This document shows positions 40,501 to 49,123 of a stretch of DNA of 64,000 nt, piece after piece. The stretch is from a virus: IMG/VR virus record IMGVR_UViG_3300020477_000014, positions 32,001 to 96,000 of that record. One strand, 5' to 3'. A model generated the notes under the pieces. That model was not told the DNA's origin, made no database searches, and saw only the letters and a program-made list of their open reading frames with translations. The position numbers were made by a program, and so were the translations under genes. Positions within the stretch are counted from its first letter, which is position 1; each line of letters starts with the position of its first letter.

Positions 40501-43026
40501 CGATTACCTTTTGAAACAATTATTAAGCCCGAAAACCATCTTCAAAACGTGACAGTTTGCGATCTAGAGACAGACTATGCCTTGCGAGACGGTGGTACTT
40601 ATGGACTCATGTTGAATACTTTCCGAGGTCAGCCAGCAGACAACATTTATACATCTATGGCGCGAAACTTCTTTGGCGCAATTCCATCGTTTTTCTTGAA
40701 AGACAGTTCTTTCACAACTTTGAGATCGAAAACATTTGCCGGTACGCGACAGTTTGCTTCTGGCGCCGTTTACATGGCAAGAGTAAAAATGCTGTCTTCT
40801 TATAGCGGTTCACGAAATTATACTAACGAATATATGGCATCTGTGGGCGGAACTTCACAAAATTCAGCTTCAGTGTGGCTGGAGGCGGGACCCAGAGCGG
40901 TGACTGCCTCGATCGATCCTTCCGGAACCATTACACAGCTTCAATATTTATCCGGAAATGTGTGGTTCCCCATACCTCAGCATCCACGGAACAAGATTTA
41001 TGATCCTTCTCGTGGCATAGACCTGACTTTCCCGGACGGTAGGAATCTATCTTTTCAGGAAAGCTTCACAATGTACAGCCGGACCGATGCTTTTGGTCCT
41101 CCTTTGGCTGGTACATATGCCGGACCCGGCGCCGAAATGAGAAGACTTCTCCCCACTGTTCAAAGATGGCTCAGTGCGTCATATGCATATGCGGGGTGGG
41201 GCTATTTTCAGCCTTACTACACTTCCGGTCCACAAATTGGAACAGCTTCATATAACAACGTGGGGAATACCGCGCCAGCAGCGCCTCGATATTTAGAATA
41301 TACTATGGCGCCATGGGATAGAGAGGCTAATAGAGAATATCCAAACATGACCCCTCTTCCTGTTTTTGATAGCTTGACAGGGTACAACTGGGCATACACG
41401 CCGCCTTATTATGATGGCGAGGCTTGGGCAGATCTGATTTTTAGACCAGATCCCACCAAACATTACGATTTACAAACGATATTAGATGAAGTTGATGTTT
41501 ACCAATGGCGCGTCGATCCTGGCTATGTTAATCCTAATCCCCGGGTTAATATATTTAATAGTACCGAATTTGTTATCAACATAACGGGCACCATCTTCAG
41601 TAGCTCTAAGGGCATCGGTGGTGCGTATCCGCAGCCATTTTCTTATGGCAACAAAGTGTTTGATTATCCAAGCTCACCATACGCCGGAAAAATGATCAAC
41701 AAGAGTGCCATGCAGCTTAATGCGTCTGTTGATTTATTTGGTGTGGAAAATGTTGGATTTGTGCAAGAATCTACAACAGGCGAAAAGTCCACTCGAAACC
41801 AATCAATCGGACAGAGGTGGGTCATACAGCCCAAATTTGAGACTCCGCATGCAAACTTTAGTGATATCGGGACGCGCCCCTTGCGCAAGTCATTCATGGG
41901 GGTAACCGGTACGGTACCCGGAAATATCACGTTGCCTTTATATGCATCGTCGGCTGTGCCTCAAGGAATGTGGCACCAATTTGGAATTATCGATCCAGAT
42001 CCTCAAAAGGGAATCTTTTTAGAGATAGGGGCTATTCCTTCGAATTGGCTGAAGTATCACTACAATGTTACTCTAGAATCTAGCCCCTACAACAACTATA
42101 ATGTGCATGACGGACCAAATGTGCACAAGAATGTCCAAAGTTTGGCTCATTTGGCTGGGTTTGATAAGAGCCGTGCTCGCTTAGGAGAACTAAAAGAGTC
42201 TATGATAGTTAAAGAAGCTGTTGTGGCTGTTCCTTATATTACAACCATCCCTGTTCCTTTAGGAAGCAAAACTAAAAAGTATTTTGAAGGAAAGCGCTTC
42301 ATTACTATTCCTCGAGAGCGAATAGATGCAGCGCAAAGCTCCTTGCGAGGAACACCCTTGGGTCAGTCGCTGGACGCGGCAGGGATTTCTATTAGAGATC
42401 AGCTAGCTAAAATGGAGAATTATATTTTCCCACCACAATTTAATTTTATAGAAAATAGCAATCTTGATCCGATGGCTATGTATATTTTTGAGTTCACCTA
42501 TGAATTCGATAAGGATGATTTAAATTATATTTGGCAAAACCTCGCACCGAGAAACTATCAAAGAGTTCACATGCAGAGCGATTCGGTATCTCACGCATTG
42601 CTAAATAGTGAACTTCTTTCTGAACATAATTTGGCGGATAATGAAAATCTGAGATGGATGATTTTTAAAGTTAAACAACGCGGACAAGATGACTACTATG
42701 ATCATGTTAAACCTCAAGGCAGTATTGCGTCGGATGATGTATTCGAGGACGACACATTGACACCCGAAGAGAAATATTTACAGTATAATTGGCCCTATGA
42801 CTACCTTTCATTTGTGGAACTAATAAAGATGGACGTTCAAGTGAAATTTGATTCACCAACGTTGGCACTTACAGGATCAGAATTAGTTGAAATAGACATT
42901 CCTATCACGGCAGAGTTTCAAGATCCAAATAGTGTTAGTTCGCTTTCCTCTTTAGAGCAACAAGTTCCAGTTAATATAGCCAATAACGCCCCTTCTAACA
43001 TGAACAAGGGCGAAGGAGAGTATTAA
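31534..43026 (+). CDS. 3830-aa virion/baseplate protein with LamG (concanavalin A-like) domains
   Basis: LamG motifs LTFAAWVR...WVHVAVTYD...LYVNG...IGNN...FNGYIAEV at about 32.8-33.25 kb, plus further W-x-H/LYVDG/DEFRFW motifs. Follows the gp25/gp6 genes. Confidence 0.75.
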   Translation: MSIKDLFNSSGKSVIYSDYKTQKEAFEPIESVRNAEQIEIKDKAFVPSVDYSNPVEFARYGSAELYYKGALEKIIGYYPYDGSKAEQNKFYNGLLEIEKYVFDDLYPTSLGYVTISENAYDSSGTTLTGYGQFTAPNEEYITFYGGPGTGSLAEGSTLSQQSPNPYSSAFNYSNIYDENIYTTEGLPYDYGKGTRLSNLRANFDDGVTIETWLTTGSLHPKADASKQVLLDWWNNNILASSDYGRLRVELTSSKNAAGFGIRPFVITVNSGSQSSMNKAANSFFLGKVTLHDDLGSLWKHYAITLYNTSSAYNQEGTTIRADLYVDGILNDTYPRDGGMSLVREIPGIQAWYRLSEDYDSLSSVTDHSGKGHNGSFGTYSKPSKSQTTPGTYLQSASNLFDNSGTDGINIGTPATWDALIGADTGGGSTEKLTFAAWVRRTGAGAGGKGKILDFGLADFGFYIDSTNHLCLEAKWDSGTPSLFTYRSDDAVCPTTASGEWVHVAVTYDLSSAANDPILYVNGKSVPGSWDGAVAGTFDGIIGADCFIGNNSSKTRHFNGYIAEVIICNSVLLPRKIYALYADRGHTVGELPSQKAMGRIGALLTSPGWGDTAAVSGDGKLSGSLDEFRFWKVKRTQKQIAENFFTQVGGGANTDIANADLGVYYKFNEGKTGNATTDQVVLDYAGRVCNGVWTNYTANSRFTGSAILLAKAALRETPDPIVRANNPRYAALQTSLLEKGRVHDLNNNSMFINYSPSWVIDLHDTLQGASQYDNTNLEMISHLMGAYFDKLYNLIHEVPKLKHYNYPSASATPLPFSMHLPQSMGLYAPDLFVDASVLEHFENRTETEQFAGRVVDIKNLIYQNLYNNIANIYKSKGTETAIRNVLRCFNIDDSLVRFKTYSRNNVYDLKNNLRQIARTNARLNYNNLAQSHGVVYQANNSLSYPSTGYIHGTRDGAGFGTWAREEVCGATIEADIVFPKFDQNEHVFPRYFHTSSLFGMYTVNTASAGSLSGHNTAYVSQDDWTNFQVYAIRDSLGSKNVRFMLTSDRSPYPIPEITSSTFLDVYDDNRWNLSVRVKSKNYPLGGIVSGSGPPSFDGQPFEVIFRGVNTVLGTVVDQFELTSALSYTTASYFLGSTKRLYCGAKRFNITSSIQHPADTYISDLKYWAHYIDNSDLDQHLYDLENAGISQTYQPLLAQTNSEILRRSTLGLHWSFEDVTSSNSLGQFRVIDYSSGSRQMITASGWLGEVTQYRHPGLGYGFVTSSGAAISRTLENSFKFTDPEETISSNMISILSEDDKLFKIVETVPNYVFTIEKSMYQAISEEMMIFLAGVTDFHNLIGNPLNRYRDRYKNIEKLRELFFQRVTEISDVEKYIKYYKWFDDALGIILSQLVPASADLVPDVLNIVESHTLERNKYETQFPTIENFSPVVGSSIKGFGDRSYPGFLGQTTQPTSPRDTTRHIPFWKKRALRDAPEITSGDATIDSQRETYRIVINSHPRLSQSIPFVVDMATNQKYFYRPFFQRGRKLTGFKFDSPVTKAPSNAKVLKGGTNFSPSKDIDFTYTALRPAGPVYTSGGVYVPQNVLLSLEEDFAQIPVNNDPPSDPSEKEYRVVKVQHGRDYQLGLGYSNVKSTLAYPFNMVSSSLTTGYQKDVTNQVKGINIVNLHNDVYGPHMEKPIQGPFTEHNVGGHQSRHVPLNRGDDSWRTRPEAWMLMLGRCSGNLGAIGMVGPDYPWPDENSLERPDPYPAILSQKAWLYRDFTAKSPVNIKNIHRSGAIGPVLGNYRQPYDIVTTFGKHSNPSHLVKNENWVVYPPDTFPSYATGTTVVNTLLDIRSREHGKLFIPAGGPGPGDRHPRFNGEYATYYLQGRANRSVISNRFGAPGGMDTTQPGLKDFRSGEFSAYNALPFRNLMVIRPNQGPSGTIGATEGMRISDLHGKDFGMRALLARHCGKFGRDSLWVQNPGATYNQLPSFQKTNRNRLTMVDREVVYHHATVTASCLSQPPADTKGLVVGVLPHIVVPGNQFEVKVPYGWEAPTAPPRIYTFNYQTILGNPGSSDLINVQIGGTNDITIANTIDAINGLAISTQARYYDNNPIHRPLRITAAASPAMGAKGIDLFATMMGDLGNLLVYYSSTSSLTHPTKTGINQNFSGGVTVYNSVPGVQYKYDNAFVQHAIPRSTSQYLWISASAVNLNAAHTPAYTPFNFLVSSGTTLINAYDFVSASDFGAFSSSTGFYYGRDKKDSWLVGKDFLPVDFVGSNTIINENVDMSTNTVGNANSYYDYLNTNIIDKGFAPSSPTPSAVILNSLLLNRGGAYGWSGRQPLYQNNNIVLRNERQSNMLSLKNSDNSLTKYNNPPITMDGRPVYVNLDFMLTSTLPSTNVTLEMPLGVYQYFNTNDLNNRFSFDQYSYITQFEQLMQLARDYNYKLNWVLYSECIFPADRNEFLSYSRGRIGYTNDFWRNNRQQRNTLGSTLPTTFDYTGYSQSAWVLDAPIDFLTRTGPQILSHWWTGSNRSDLLKISGAAGELQNIYSTYTYVPSAYDFNSKFETFGGAVPWPGVLVVGQPVSSGGAYKVDWKSKALTPGPLYARKSTLSSQLSVVSPHGISNPPVYRINSIFSAWATGSNHGGGPTTHQFRVLDPLKAQNTGSLRRSDAGYMSQKNQRLAGEAKWEANTLAGIVVQSGTTSQFVSHPSEPWFDEYGDFKYELQKMAKDYAIVPEFRISEHIKSYKQNGLLNEGKTNTFEIVGTSFDSSQDMFYRDYSNSDFLKEFANVKANSLLNASEIRLVCDAAIRFNPYKGFYPAQRSAQLVDQLKDSYNRCYEARAYYIGTDGVVPFESSVGLSGLGSTTARTMVTGAQATNLFEGQFPGATRHLNKTLFAPGILYNSIKAGVAVDYPIVSDARKIARAYPFPSFLQAGDGYASNGFPAGANPRHNTDISMSYENAMAYCQPPMAYDAVDGTASLLNTPEWNPWYDEGDEVGIYKDFFDIRLPFETIIKPENHLQNVTVCDLETDYALRDGGTYGLMLNTFRGQPADNIYTSMARNFFGAIPSFFLKDSSFTTLRSKTFAGTRQFASGAVYMARVKMLSSYSGSRNYTNEYMASVGGTSQNSASVWLEAGPRAVTASIDPSGTITQLQYLSGNVWFPIPQHPRNKIYDPSRGIDLTFPDGRNLSFQESFTMYSRTDAFGPPLAGTYAGPGAEMRRLLPTVQRWLSASYAYAGWGYFQPYYTSGPQIGTASYNNVGNTAPAAPRYLEYTMAPWDREANREYPNMTPLPVFDSLTGYNWAYTPPYYDGEAWADLIFRPDPTKHYDLQTILDEVDVYQWRVDPGYVNPNPRVNIFNSTEFVINITGTIFSSSKGIGGAYPQPFSYGNKVFDYPSSPYAGKMINKSAMQLNASVDLFGVENVGFVQESTTGEKSTRNQSIGQRWVIQPKFETPHANFSDIGTRPLRKSFMGVTGTVPGNITLPLYASSAVPQGMWHQFGIIDPDPQKGIFLEIGAIPSNWLKYHYNVTLESSPYNNYNVHDGPNVHKNVQSLAHLAGFDKSRARLGELKESMIVKEAVVAVPYITTIPVPLGSKTKKYFEGKRFITIPRERIDAAQSSLRGTPLGQSLDAAGISIRDQLAKMENYIFPPQFNFIENSNLDPMAMYIFEFTYEFDKDDLNYIWQNLAPRNYQRVHMQSDSVSHALLNSELLSEHNLADNENLRWMIFKVKQRGQDDYYDHVKPQGSIASDDVFEDDTLTPEEKYLQYNWPYDYLSFVELIKMDVQVKFDSPTLALTGSELVEIDIPITAEFQDPNSVSSLSSLEQQVPVNIANNAPSNMNKGEGEY
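37516..37995 (+). repeat. Shared ~155-aa inserted module, copy 1
   Basis: VTAS...GNQFEV...NTIDAINGLAISTQARYYDN...GDLGN...FSGG matches the module at 43902-44385. Confidence 0.7.
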
Positions 43027-44744
43027 TGGCAAAATTTTTAAATCGCAAAGAACAAGTTTATGATTTGAAGCTAACGAATTATGGTAAATATTTATTATCT
43101 GTCGGAGAATTAGAGCCGGTTTATTATGGATTTTTAGATGATAATATTATCTATGATGGTAAATATGCCGGCGTTGTCGAGGTTCAAAATGGGGTTATCG
43201 AGAGAATGAGACAAGATTCTCAATATATTGAGAGTTTAACAACCTTTGAAGATCCAGAAAACCAACAATTAAAACTAGGTGTCGCGCCGTCAAGTGAATA
43301 TCTGGTTAAGACCCTGAATTTGATAACAGACATGTACCCTACTCTAGGGGGGAGCGGCATATATCCATTGCTTGATACCATGGGAACAAGTTTTTCTGGT
43401 GTCTCAAATAATTATTTCGGTTCACTATTAGTAAATGCACTGTATAGTCATTACGACGTCGATGTAAGCCCGCAGAGAATTGAAGCGCGCGCAGATTCGT
43501 ATCCTTTTACTGCGTTAATAGGGGATGCTTATCTAGATGGAGACACACAAAATGCCCCCGCATGGAAAGTGGTTGCTTTAGAGGGGCGTATAAGTTCATC
43601 GACAAAAATAGATTCTAAAAATTCTATTTCTATTCCGCAAATAAACATAGATGTGACATATACGAAAGAGATACAAGATTATGACGCCGCCACGGTGTTG
43701 AGTGATCAGGATTTTCGTGATATTGTGAGCACTACGGAGCCTTTTGTTGATAATGCTGTAATAAAATTGGTCCCCGAGGATCTTTTGATTTATGGAGAAG
43801 AGATGAATACTCAGTTGTTAACGGAGAATTTTGAGATAGAAGTTTTTGAAGTAGTAAAAGATGCATATCCTAATAGTGCTGCTTTATATTGTGTGACGCC
43901 GGTAACGGCAAGCCTTACGGCATCTGGTGGAAGCGGGCTCCAACTTAGCTCCCCTGCTGATGGGGATGTATTTCAGATTGGAGTACCCCCGGGGTATTAC
44001 GGAAAATCCTGGAACCTTTTTGCTGCTGACGAGGATTTGCCGGCGCTCGAGACTGTTTATAAATATCAATTTCAAACCACTTTGACTTCCCCTGCCAATG
44101 AACTTCAAATTAATATTCAACGTGGCCCGAGTGAAGTTCAGAACACTATTGCTGCGATTAACGGCAATGCTAATTCCACCCAGGCGCGTTATTATAACAA
44201 TGAGAAAACAAACCGCGCGCGGCGAGTTTTAGCAACACAAATAGGATCATCCACAGAAATTAATTTAGGATCTTTAAACTCAGGAACGAAAGGCAATGGT
44301 GCTTGGTTTTCTTCGGACTTTAACAGTGCAACTCCGAATCCGGCGGTTGGGATCAAGCAAGAACTTCTTGGTGGCATCGACGGCATTTTTTGTCCCAGAA
44401 AAGATTTGCTAAAAAGAAAGTATTTTTATGATCCTCAAACTAAAATTGAAGGACAAAACATGACCACCGCAGAAGACATAGAGGGGCAAAAGATAGCGAT
44501 CGCGACTCAAAAAGGCAATCCTTCCATTTCGGCTGCTCCTTCTACTCCTAGTCATGTAGGTTATTTCTTCGACTTATTGGTGGATGAAAATGTATCAGAG
44601 AAAACTGCTTGCAAGGCAGCTTCCGCATTCAATAAAGAATCTTATTATGTGGATCTAGATTTTGATTGCGATGAGGCGGAAGAGATGGAAATTACTAATG
44701 TGGATATTTATGGAAAAGTAACGGAGCCTGAGATATGCCTGTAA
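43026..44744 (+). CDS. Virion structural protein, tail-collar-like N-terminus
   Basis: KLTNYGKYLLS...YYGFLDDNIIY resembles the N-termini at 53328 and 54387. Confidence 0.55.
   Translation: MAKFLNRKEQVYDLKLTNYGKYLLSVGELEPVYYGFLDDNIIYDGKYAGVVEVQNGVIERMRQDSQYIESLTTFEDPENQQLKLGVAPSSEYLVKTLNLITDMYPTLGGSGIYPLLDTMGTSFSGVSNNYFGSLLVNALYSHYDVDVSPQRIEARADSYPFTALIGDAYLDGDTQNAPAWKVVALEGRISSSTKIDSKNSISIPQINIDVTYTKEIQDYDAATVLSDQDFRDIVSTTEPFVDNAVIKLVPEDLLIYGEEMNTQLLTENFEIEVFEVVKDAYPNSAALYCVTPVTASLTASGGSGLQLSSPADGDVFQIGVPPGYYGKSWNLFAADEDLPALETVYKYQFQTTLTSPANELQINIQRGPSEVQNTIAAINGNANSTQARYYNNEKTNRARRVLATQIGSSTEINLGSLNSGTKGNGAWFSSDFNSATPNPAVGIKQELLGGIDGIFCPRKDLLKRKYFYDPQTKIEGQNMTTAEDIEGQKIAIATQKGNPSISAAPSTPSHVGYFFDLLVDENVSEKTACKAASAFNKESYYVDLDFDCDEAEEMEITNVDIYGKVTEPEICL
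43902..44385 (+). repeat. Shared ~155-aa inserted module, copy 2
   Basis: VTAS...GDVFQI...NTIAAINGNANSTQARYYNN...GTKGN...LLGG. Confidence 0.7.
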
Positions 44745-47700
44745 ATCAATTTACTGGAGACTTAAATGACAAATTTGGGAATATACTGCCTATTCCTTTT
44801 ATTGATAAAGTAGAATTATTTGTTGGCAAGCTTGTTGTATATTATAGCCTATATTTGGATATGGATTATTATGGGAGAGACAACATTGAGTCATATTTGG
44901 AACATTTACATAATGAGGGTTTAAAATTTGGACTTGTAATGGGAATAGATATAGAAGATCCAGATGGGGAACAAAAACAGAGAACCTCTTATACAGATGT
45001 TATTGAAGGTAAAAAGGGCGCCCTAAGCGCCATTATTAGTACTTTCCGCCAACGATATGATCCGAACAATTCGAGCAATTCGTCGACGAATTTTCGATAT
45101 GGAACATTCTATCAAAGTAACAGCCAGAAGAGTAGTTTCTGGCACATGCCGACACTTGCAACCGTTTTGGCTGCACACAATGCGGCTCCAAATTCTGGTA
45201 TAATTACGACCACATATAGCACCGAGGACTCACCGATAGTTAAAGTTTCATTTCAAATGGATGTACAAATATCAAGCCAGGTTTCACCTTCAGCCCACTA
45301 TTACTACACGGACTCCATAGGCTGTCCTGACGCCCCAATGGGTCAACAGGGACCACCACTCACTTTCACTGACGCAACCAAATTGCCGGACATTCTTTCA
45401 TCGTTTCTGCAACCGGGGTATGTCGATTCGGTCACTGGCTTCGAATATGTACAGCCGGTTACTAAAATGGGGTTGATAAGCTTTTCTTATGTTGCTGATA
45501 AAAGGCAGTATGGATATGCAGAATTATTAGATAAAATTTTTACCCATGGCTGTCAACAGGTTGCAGTTGACAATTATCCTGAGATCGAGACCGAGGGACA
45601 CTTAGGAGATGCACCTCTTGTGAACTCTTCGATATCTGATATATCTTATTTGACTGTGGTAGAGAATGCGGCTTTGGATATTAAACCAGAGGTAGTGTTT
45701 TTAGATTCAAATGATAACCTAGTTCAAGAAGTTATGCAGACTATTGATGGTTCTTATTATAAAGTATCTCCGAATTTACATGTCCAAATTCAAGAAGATG
45801 TATTAAGTTTAGTATCAAATCCCACTAACGATGAGCCTTTACAAGCTTTGTTTAATAGTGTGGCGACAACTACGTCTATCTATGCTAATTTGGCTGCATT
45901 GGTGCCAGAATTAAACAATTTAAGGCAAACGATAGTAGACAAAAGCAGCGTGACTGCTATTGGAAAATTTTATAATAATCTTAAGTTAAAGATTTTGCGC
46001 GCAAATGAGGCAATTGGTCGCGGCGAAAAAGTTCGAAAACAATTGATGAACAATCCACGTCTTTTCAATTTTCGATCCGGTATCGACGGGAGCGCGTCAC
46101 CGCCCCTCGAGGGTTCCGAGACCCACAATTTGTCTTCTTGGGATGATTGGGAGATGCGCCTAGACCCCCAGTTAGAGCAAGTGTACCCTGGTTTCGAAGT
46201 TTCTTTTAAAGGTTGGCCAACGCCGACTTCTTTTAATGGCACTCAGCCAACATTTGCAAACAAAGATGCTTATATTTATCCTGGTGCCACTAGATTTCGA
46301 ACGGAAGAATTTCAATGGTATATTTATGGATCCAACAATCCCGACTATAAACGATTACTGCAATGTTATGTAGATCACGGATATTGGTATTTTGATTACG
46401 AAAAGGCTCTTAAAACGAGAAGCGCACTTTCTCAATTGGTTAATGTAGAAAAATTTGAAACTTTATTTGGGACTGGGATGACAGGAGCAGAATTTCGTTT
46501 AGCCGACACATATGTGCACTACAAAAGACTTAAGACGGCAGAGGACAGAGACGCAGAAGACAAAGAAGAGAGTGGACCCTTCGTATTGAACACTCCACTT
46601 CCACAATATGTAACGGGAGATTCTATTCCAAAAGAACACTTTGCGTTTGAATTTAGTATGAAAAATACGTGGTTTTTTCCACCCGAGCGCCAAAACTCGC
46701 CGCATCTTCCCGACGGCATGACGTTCGATCTCGAGGATTATTGGTACGGATCCCGCGAGATTGATCCCCACGGTTGTATTATTAATTACTATTATGGATC
46801 CCGACACCCAGATCTCGGTGGTAATGAGCAAGATGAATTTGAACGCGATCACAATAATTCGTATTTAATGTTCGATGACCCTATGCAAACACCAAGGGAT
46901 CCAAATGGGCGCCCCCTCAAGCCCTGGAATGCCCTACGAGCGGAAAACCCTAGAGACATAGATGGTTTTCATGAACTGTTTGGGGAAACACAAGAATCCA
47001 GGCGATATCGTTTAATGACATTTGAATTTGAAAAATATAAGACATTTATGACCCCTTGGGAACTCGACCAGCAAGATTGCAAATTTGATTCCTCAACGAA
47101 GGACGACAAAAAGAGATTTCATGAAACTCGAAGATTTATGTTTTGGGAGTTCAATGTTTATATACAAGACGGTACCCACCGACTTTATCAGGAACTAATG
47201 GAGATATATCGCATCATCGATGAGTTGTTGGAATTATATTCGTTAGCAGCCGCAGAGCCGTGCGCTTTCGATGAGGCATCTGGATTTTTTACGTCAATTT
47301 TTATAAATGGTGTTAATGAAATGTATTTATCAGCGGAATCACCAATGGATCCGCCGTGGGTTTCGGCGCCTTTTTACTATGAATTTATGTTAGATTTGTT
47401 GTTCAACACTCACGATGGAGAGATGGCGTTAATTGAGAAAGCCGCGGCAGACCAATCAGCGTTGATTGGTCCAACAACCGGATCTCCAACCGCGATCGCG
47501 CGGTTTCTTGATGGATGGAAAATCTTGTGGGAGTATTACATTGGGAACCAGACCCCAGATCGGTTTTATCCACCGGCTGACATGTATTCCCCCGGCGCTA
47601 AATTTTTTCATCATTACTACGGACAGAGGGGTGTTAATTATTGTCGAAAATTTGGTCCCGATCTCCAAACTTCCGGTTTCCACGACTTTCCAAGTGGGAT

Positions 47701-48460
47701 TAATCATCCGGACGTAAGCACTCGCACGAGTAAATATACATACTTACATTATAAGATTGATGATGAATCTTACGAGCTTGAGGATCCATGGTGGATTGAT
47801 CAAGAGCCGGAGTTTAGTGCTTTCGGCGGAGAAAAAGAAGAAGCGGGACTAGTTGCAACCCCGGGCCCTTGGAGTACAGAGTTTGCTGACGTGTCTGGCG
47901 AAGAGCCAATTTGGGTCTGGTCGCAAGAAAATGCGGCGTGGTCCAAACGCCAACACGACATCATTAATATGGCAGTTAATCAGTATCAAGACATGTCTCA
48001 ATATTATTCTTCTTATGATCTTTATACGGAGGGGCGCACGTGGAACATCTTCTCGATGTTGCCAACTTGGGTGACAGAAGACATGTCTAAAGAACAAATT
48101 GCAGAAATGGAACTAATGAGAGAAGCGCAAAAAGATCAACTAGCCTCACTCCTTGATCAAATGGTTAACACTGCCATTGCTGAGCAAAGTTCTACCTCCC
48201 AGGAGGATTTAGTTAAATCTTTAAAATCTCAGTCGGAGCTTTTGTCGGAAGCTGTGATTCATTTAACAAAACTGATGGAAATCGCCTTGGGGGGCCAATC
48301 AAATGACAATCAGACCGCCGCGGGCGATCCTATTTATATACAAGAAAATCGGAGACTAACCGAAGAAGAAAAATATGCACTAACCGATTCCGAACGAAAG
48401 GAATATAATGCATGGCTGACAACATTTGAGCCCGGAAACACGATCCATGAGAACTCATAG
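44735..48460 (+). CDS. 1241-aa hypothetical (probable virion) protein
   Basis: Long ORF overlapping the upstream stop; C-terminal coiled-coil-like segment. Confidence 0.55.
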   Translation: MPVNQFTGDLNDKFGNILPIPFIDKVELFVGKLVVYYSLYLDMDYYGRDNIESYLEHLHNEGLKFGLVMGIDIEDPDGEQKQRTSYTDVIEGKKGALSAIISTFRQRYDPNNSSNSSTNFRYGTFYQSNSQKSSFWHMPTLATVLAAHNAAPNSGIITTTYSTEDSPIVKVSFQMDVQISSQVSPSAHYYYTDSIGCPDAPMGQQGPPLTFTDATKLPDILSSFLQPGYVDSVTGFEYVQPVTKMGLISFSYVADKRQYGYAELLDKIFTHGCQQVAVDNYPEIETEGHLGDAPLVNSSISDISYLTVVENAALDIKPEVVFLDSNDNLVQEVMQTIDGSYYKVSPNLHVQIQEDVLSLVSNPTNDEPLQALFNSVATTTSIYANLAALVPELNNLRQTIVDKSSVTAIGKFYNNLKLKILRANEAIGRGEKVRKQLMNNPRLFNFRSGIDGSASPPLEGSETHNLSSWDDWEMRLDPQLEQVYPGFEVSFKGWPTPTSFNGTQPTFANKDAYIYPGATRFRTEEFQWYIYGSNNPDYKRLLQCYVDHGYWYFDYEKALKTRSALSQLVNVEKFETLFGTGMTGAEFRLADTYVHYKRLKTAEDRDAEDKEESGPFVLNTPLPQYVTGDSIPKEHFAFEFSMKNTWFFPPERQNSPHLPDGMTFDLEDYWYGSREIDPHGCIINYYYGSRHPDLGGNEQDEFERDHNNSYLMFDDPMQTPRDPNGRPLKPWNALRAENPRDIDGFHELFGETQESRRYRLMTFEFEKYKTFMTPWELDQQDCKFDSSTKDDKKRFHETRRFMFWEFNVYIQDGTHRLYQELMEIYRIIDELLELYSLAAAEPCAFDEASGFFTSIFINGVNEMYLSAESPMDPPWVSAPFYYEFMLDLLFNTHDGEMALIEKAAADQSALIGPTTGSPTAIARFLDGWKILWEYYIGNQTPDRFYPPADMYSPGAKFFHHYYGQRGVNYCRKFGPDLQTSGFHDFPSGINHPDVSTRTSKYTYLHYKIDDESYELEDPWWIDQEPEFSAFGGEKEEAGLVATPGPWSTEFADVSGEEPIWVWSQENAAWSKRQHDIINMAVNQYQDMSQYYSSYDLYTEGRTWNIFSMLPTWVTEDMSKEQIAEMELMREAQKDQLASLLDQMVNTAIAEQSSTSQEDLVKSLKSQSELLSEAVIHLTKLMEIALGGQSNDNQTAAGDPIYIQENRRLTEEEKYALTDSERKEYNAWLTTFEPGNTIHENS

Positions 48461-48493
48461 GGGCAGTACTTTAATTATAAAATCTGCAAATAG

Positions 48494-48501
48494 ACTAGTT
48501 A
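48494..48501 (+). promoter_or_regulatory. Candidate late-promoter motif ACTA-N-TTA
   Basis: ACTAGTTA in an intergenic gap, 18 nt before ATG 48520. Confidence 0.4.
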
Positions 48502-48519
48502 CACCAAGAGAGATAAAAC

Positions 48520-49101
48520 ATGGCCTTTTTAATAAGAAAAGTAAGTAATAATCCACGCAAAGCTTCAGACAAACAGAAAGTCCAAGCACTCAAAAAGCAA
48601 AACAAATTTCAAGTTACTATTGGAAATTATACCGTTCCGAGCACCCCAGAAGACATTGGAACTTTAGTGGGGACATTGCGGCTAGTGGACGCAAGAACTT
48701 TAAATGAACTTTCTTATAATATTAATTCCAAACAGATGGCCACAATGATGCTGGGGGCTCTCGATATGGTTGTGCGAAATGATATGGGAAAAAACTACAG
48801 CATCGTAGGGGACCAAAACAATCCTTATATGATAGATAATCCCAATATTGTTCCCTCTTCTATTGGGGATATTTCTAATTCTCTAAGTGATCCATCAAAG
48901 CAATCATTTAAGTCCCACTCTGATCCTTTTTATGAGTTAGATGAGGGCGCCCCAGAATATTATAAAGAACAGCAGAATCTCCTGAAAACCTTTAATGAAA
49001 AGGATTTGACTCAACTTGCGGCTGCTTTTAATCGATTGAATAATAATATTTCCTCCCCTGGAACTAAAAATCTCAAACAATTTAACGTTTTGCAGAAATA
49101 A
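48520..49101 (+). CDS. Hypothetical protein
   Basis: ORF with purine-rich upstream sequence and an ACTAGTTA motif. Confidence 0.6.
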   Translation: MAFLIRKVSNNPRKASDKQKVQALKKQNKFQVTIGNYTVPSTPEDIGTLVGTLRLVDARTLNELSYNINSKQMATMMLGALDMVVRNDMGKNYSIVGDQNNPYMIDNPNIVPSSIGDISNSLSDPSKQSFKSHSDPFYELDEGAPEYYKEQQNLLKTFNEKDLTQLAAAFNRLNNNISSPGTKNLKQFNVLQK

Positions 49102-49123
49102 ACATTATCGGAAAAACACACAC

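Noticed and set aside
31534-43026. Diversity-generating retroelement target or intein in the giant genes
   Set aside because: No reverse transcriptase, no near-identical VR/TR pair, and no intein splice or homing-endonuclease motifs were noticed.
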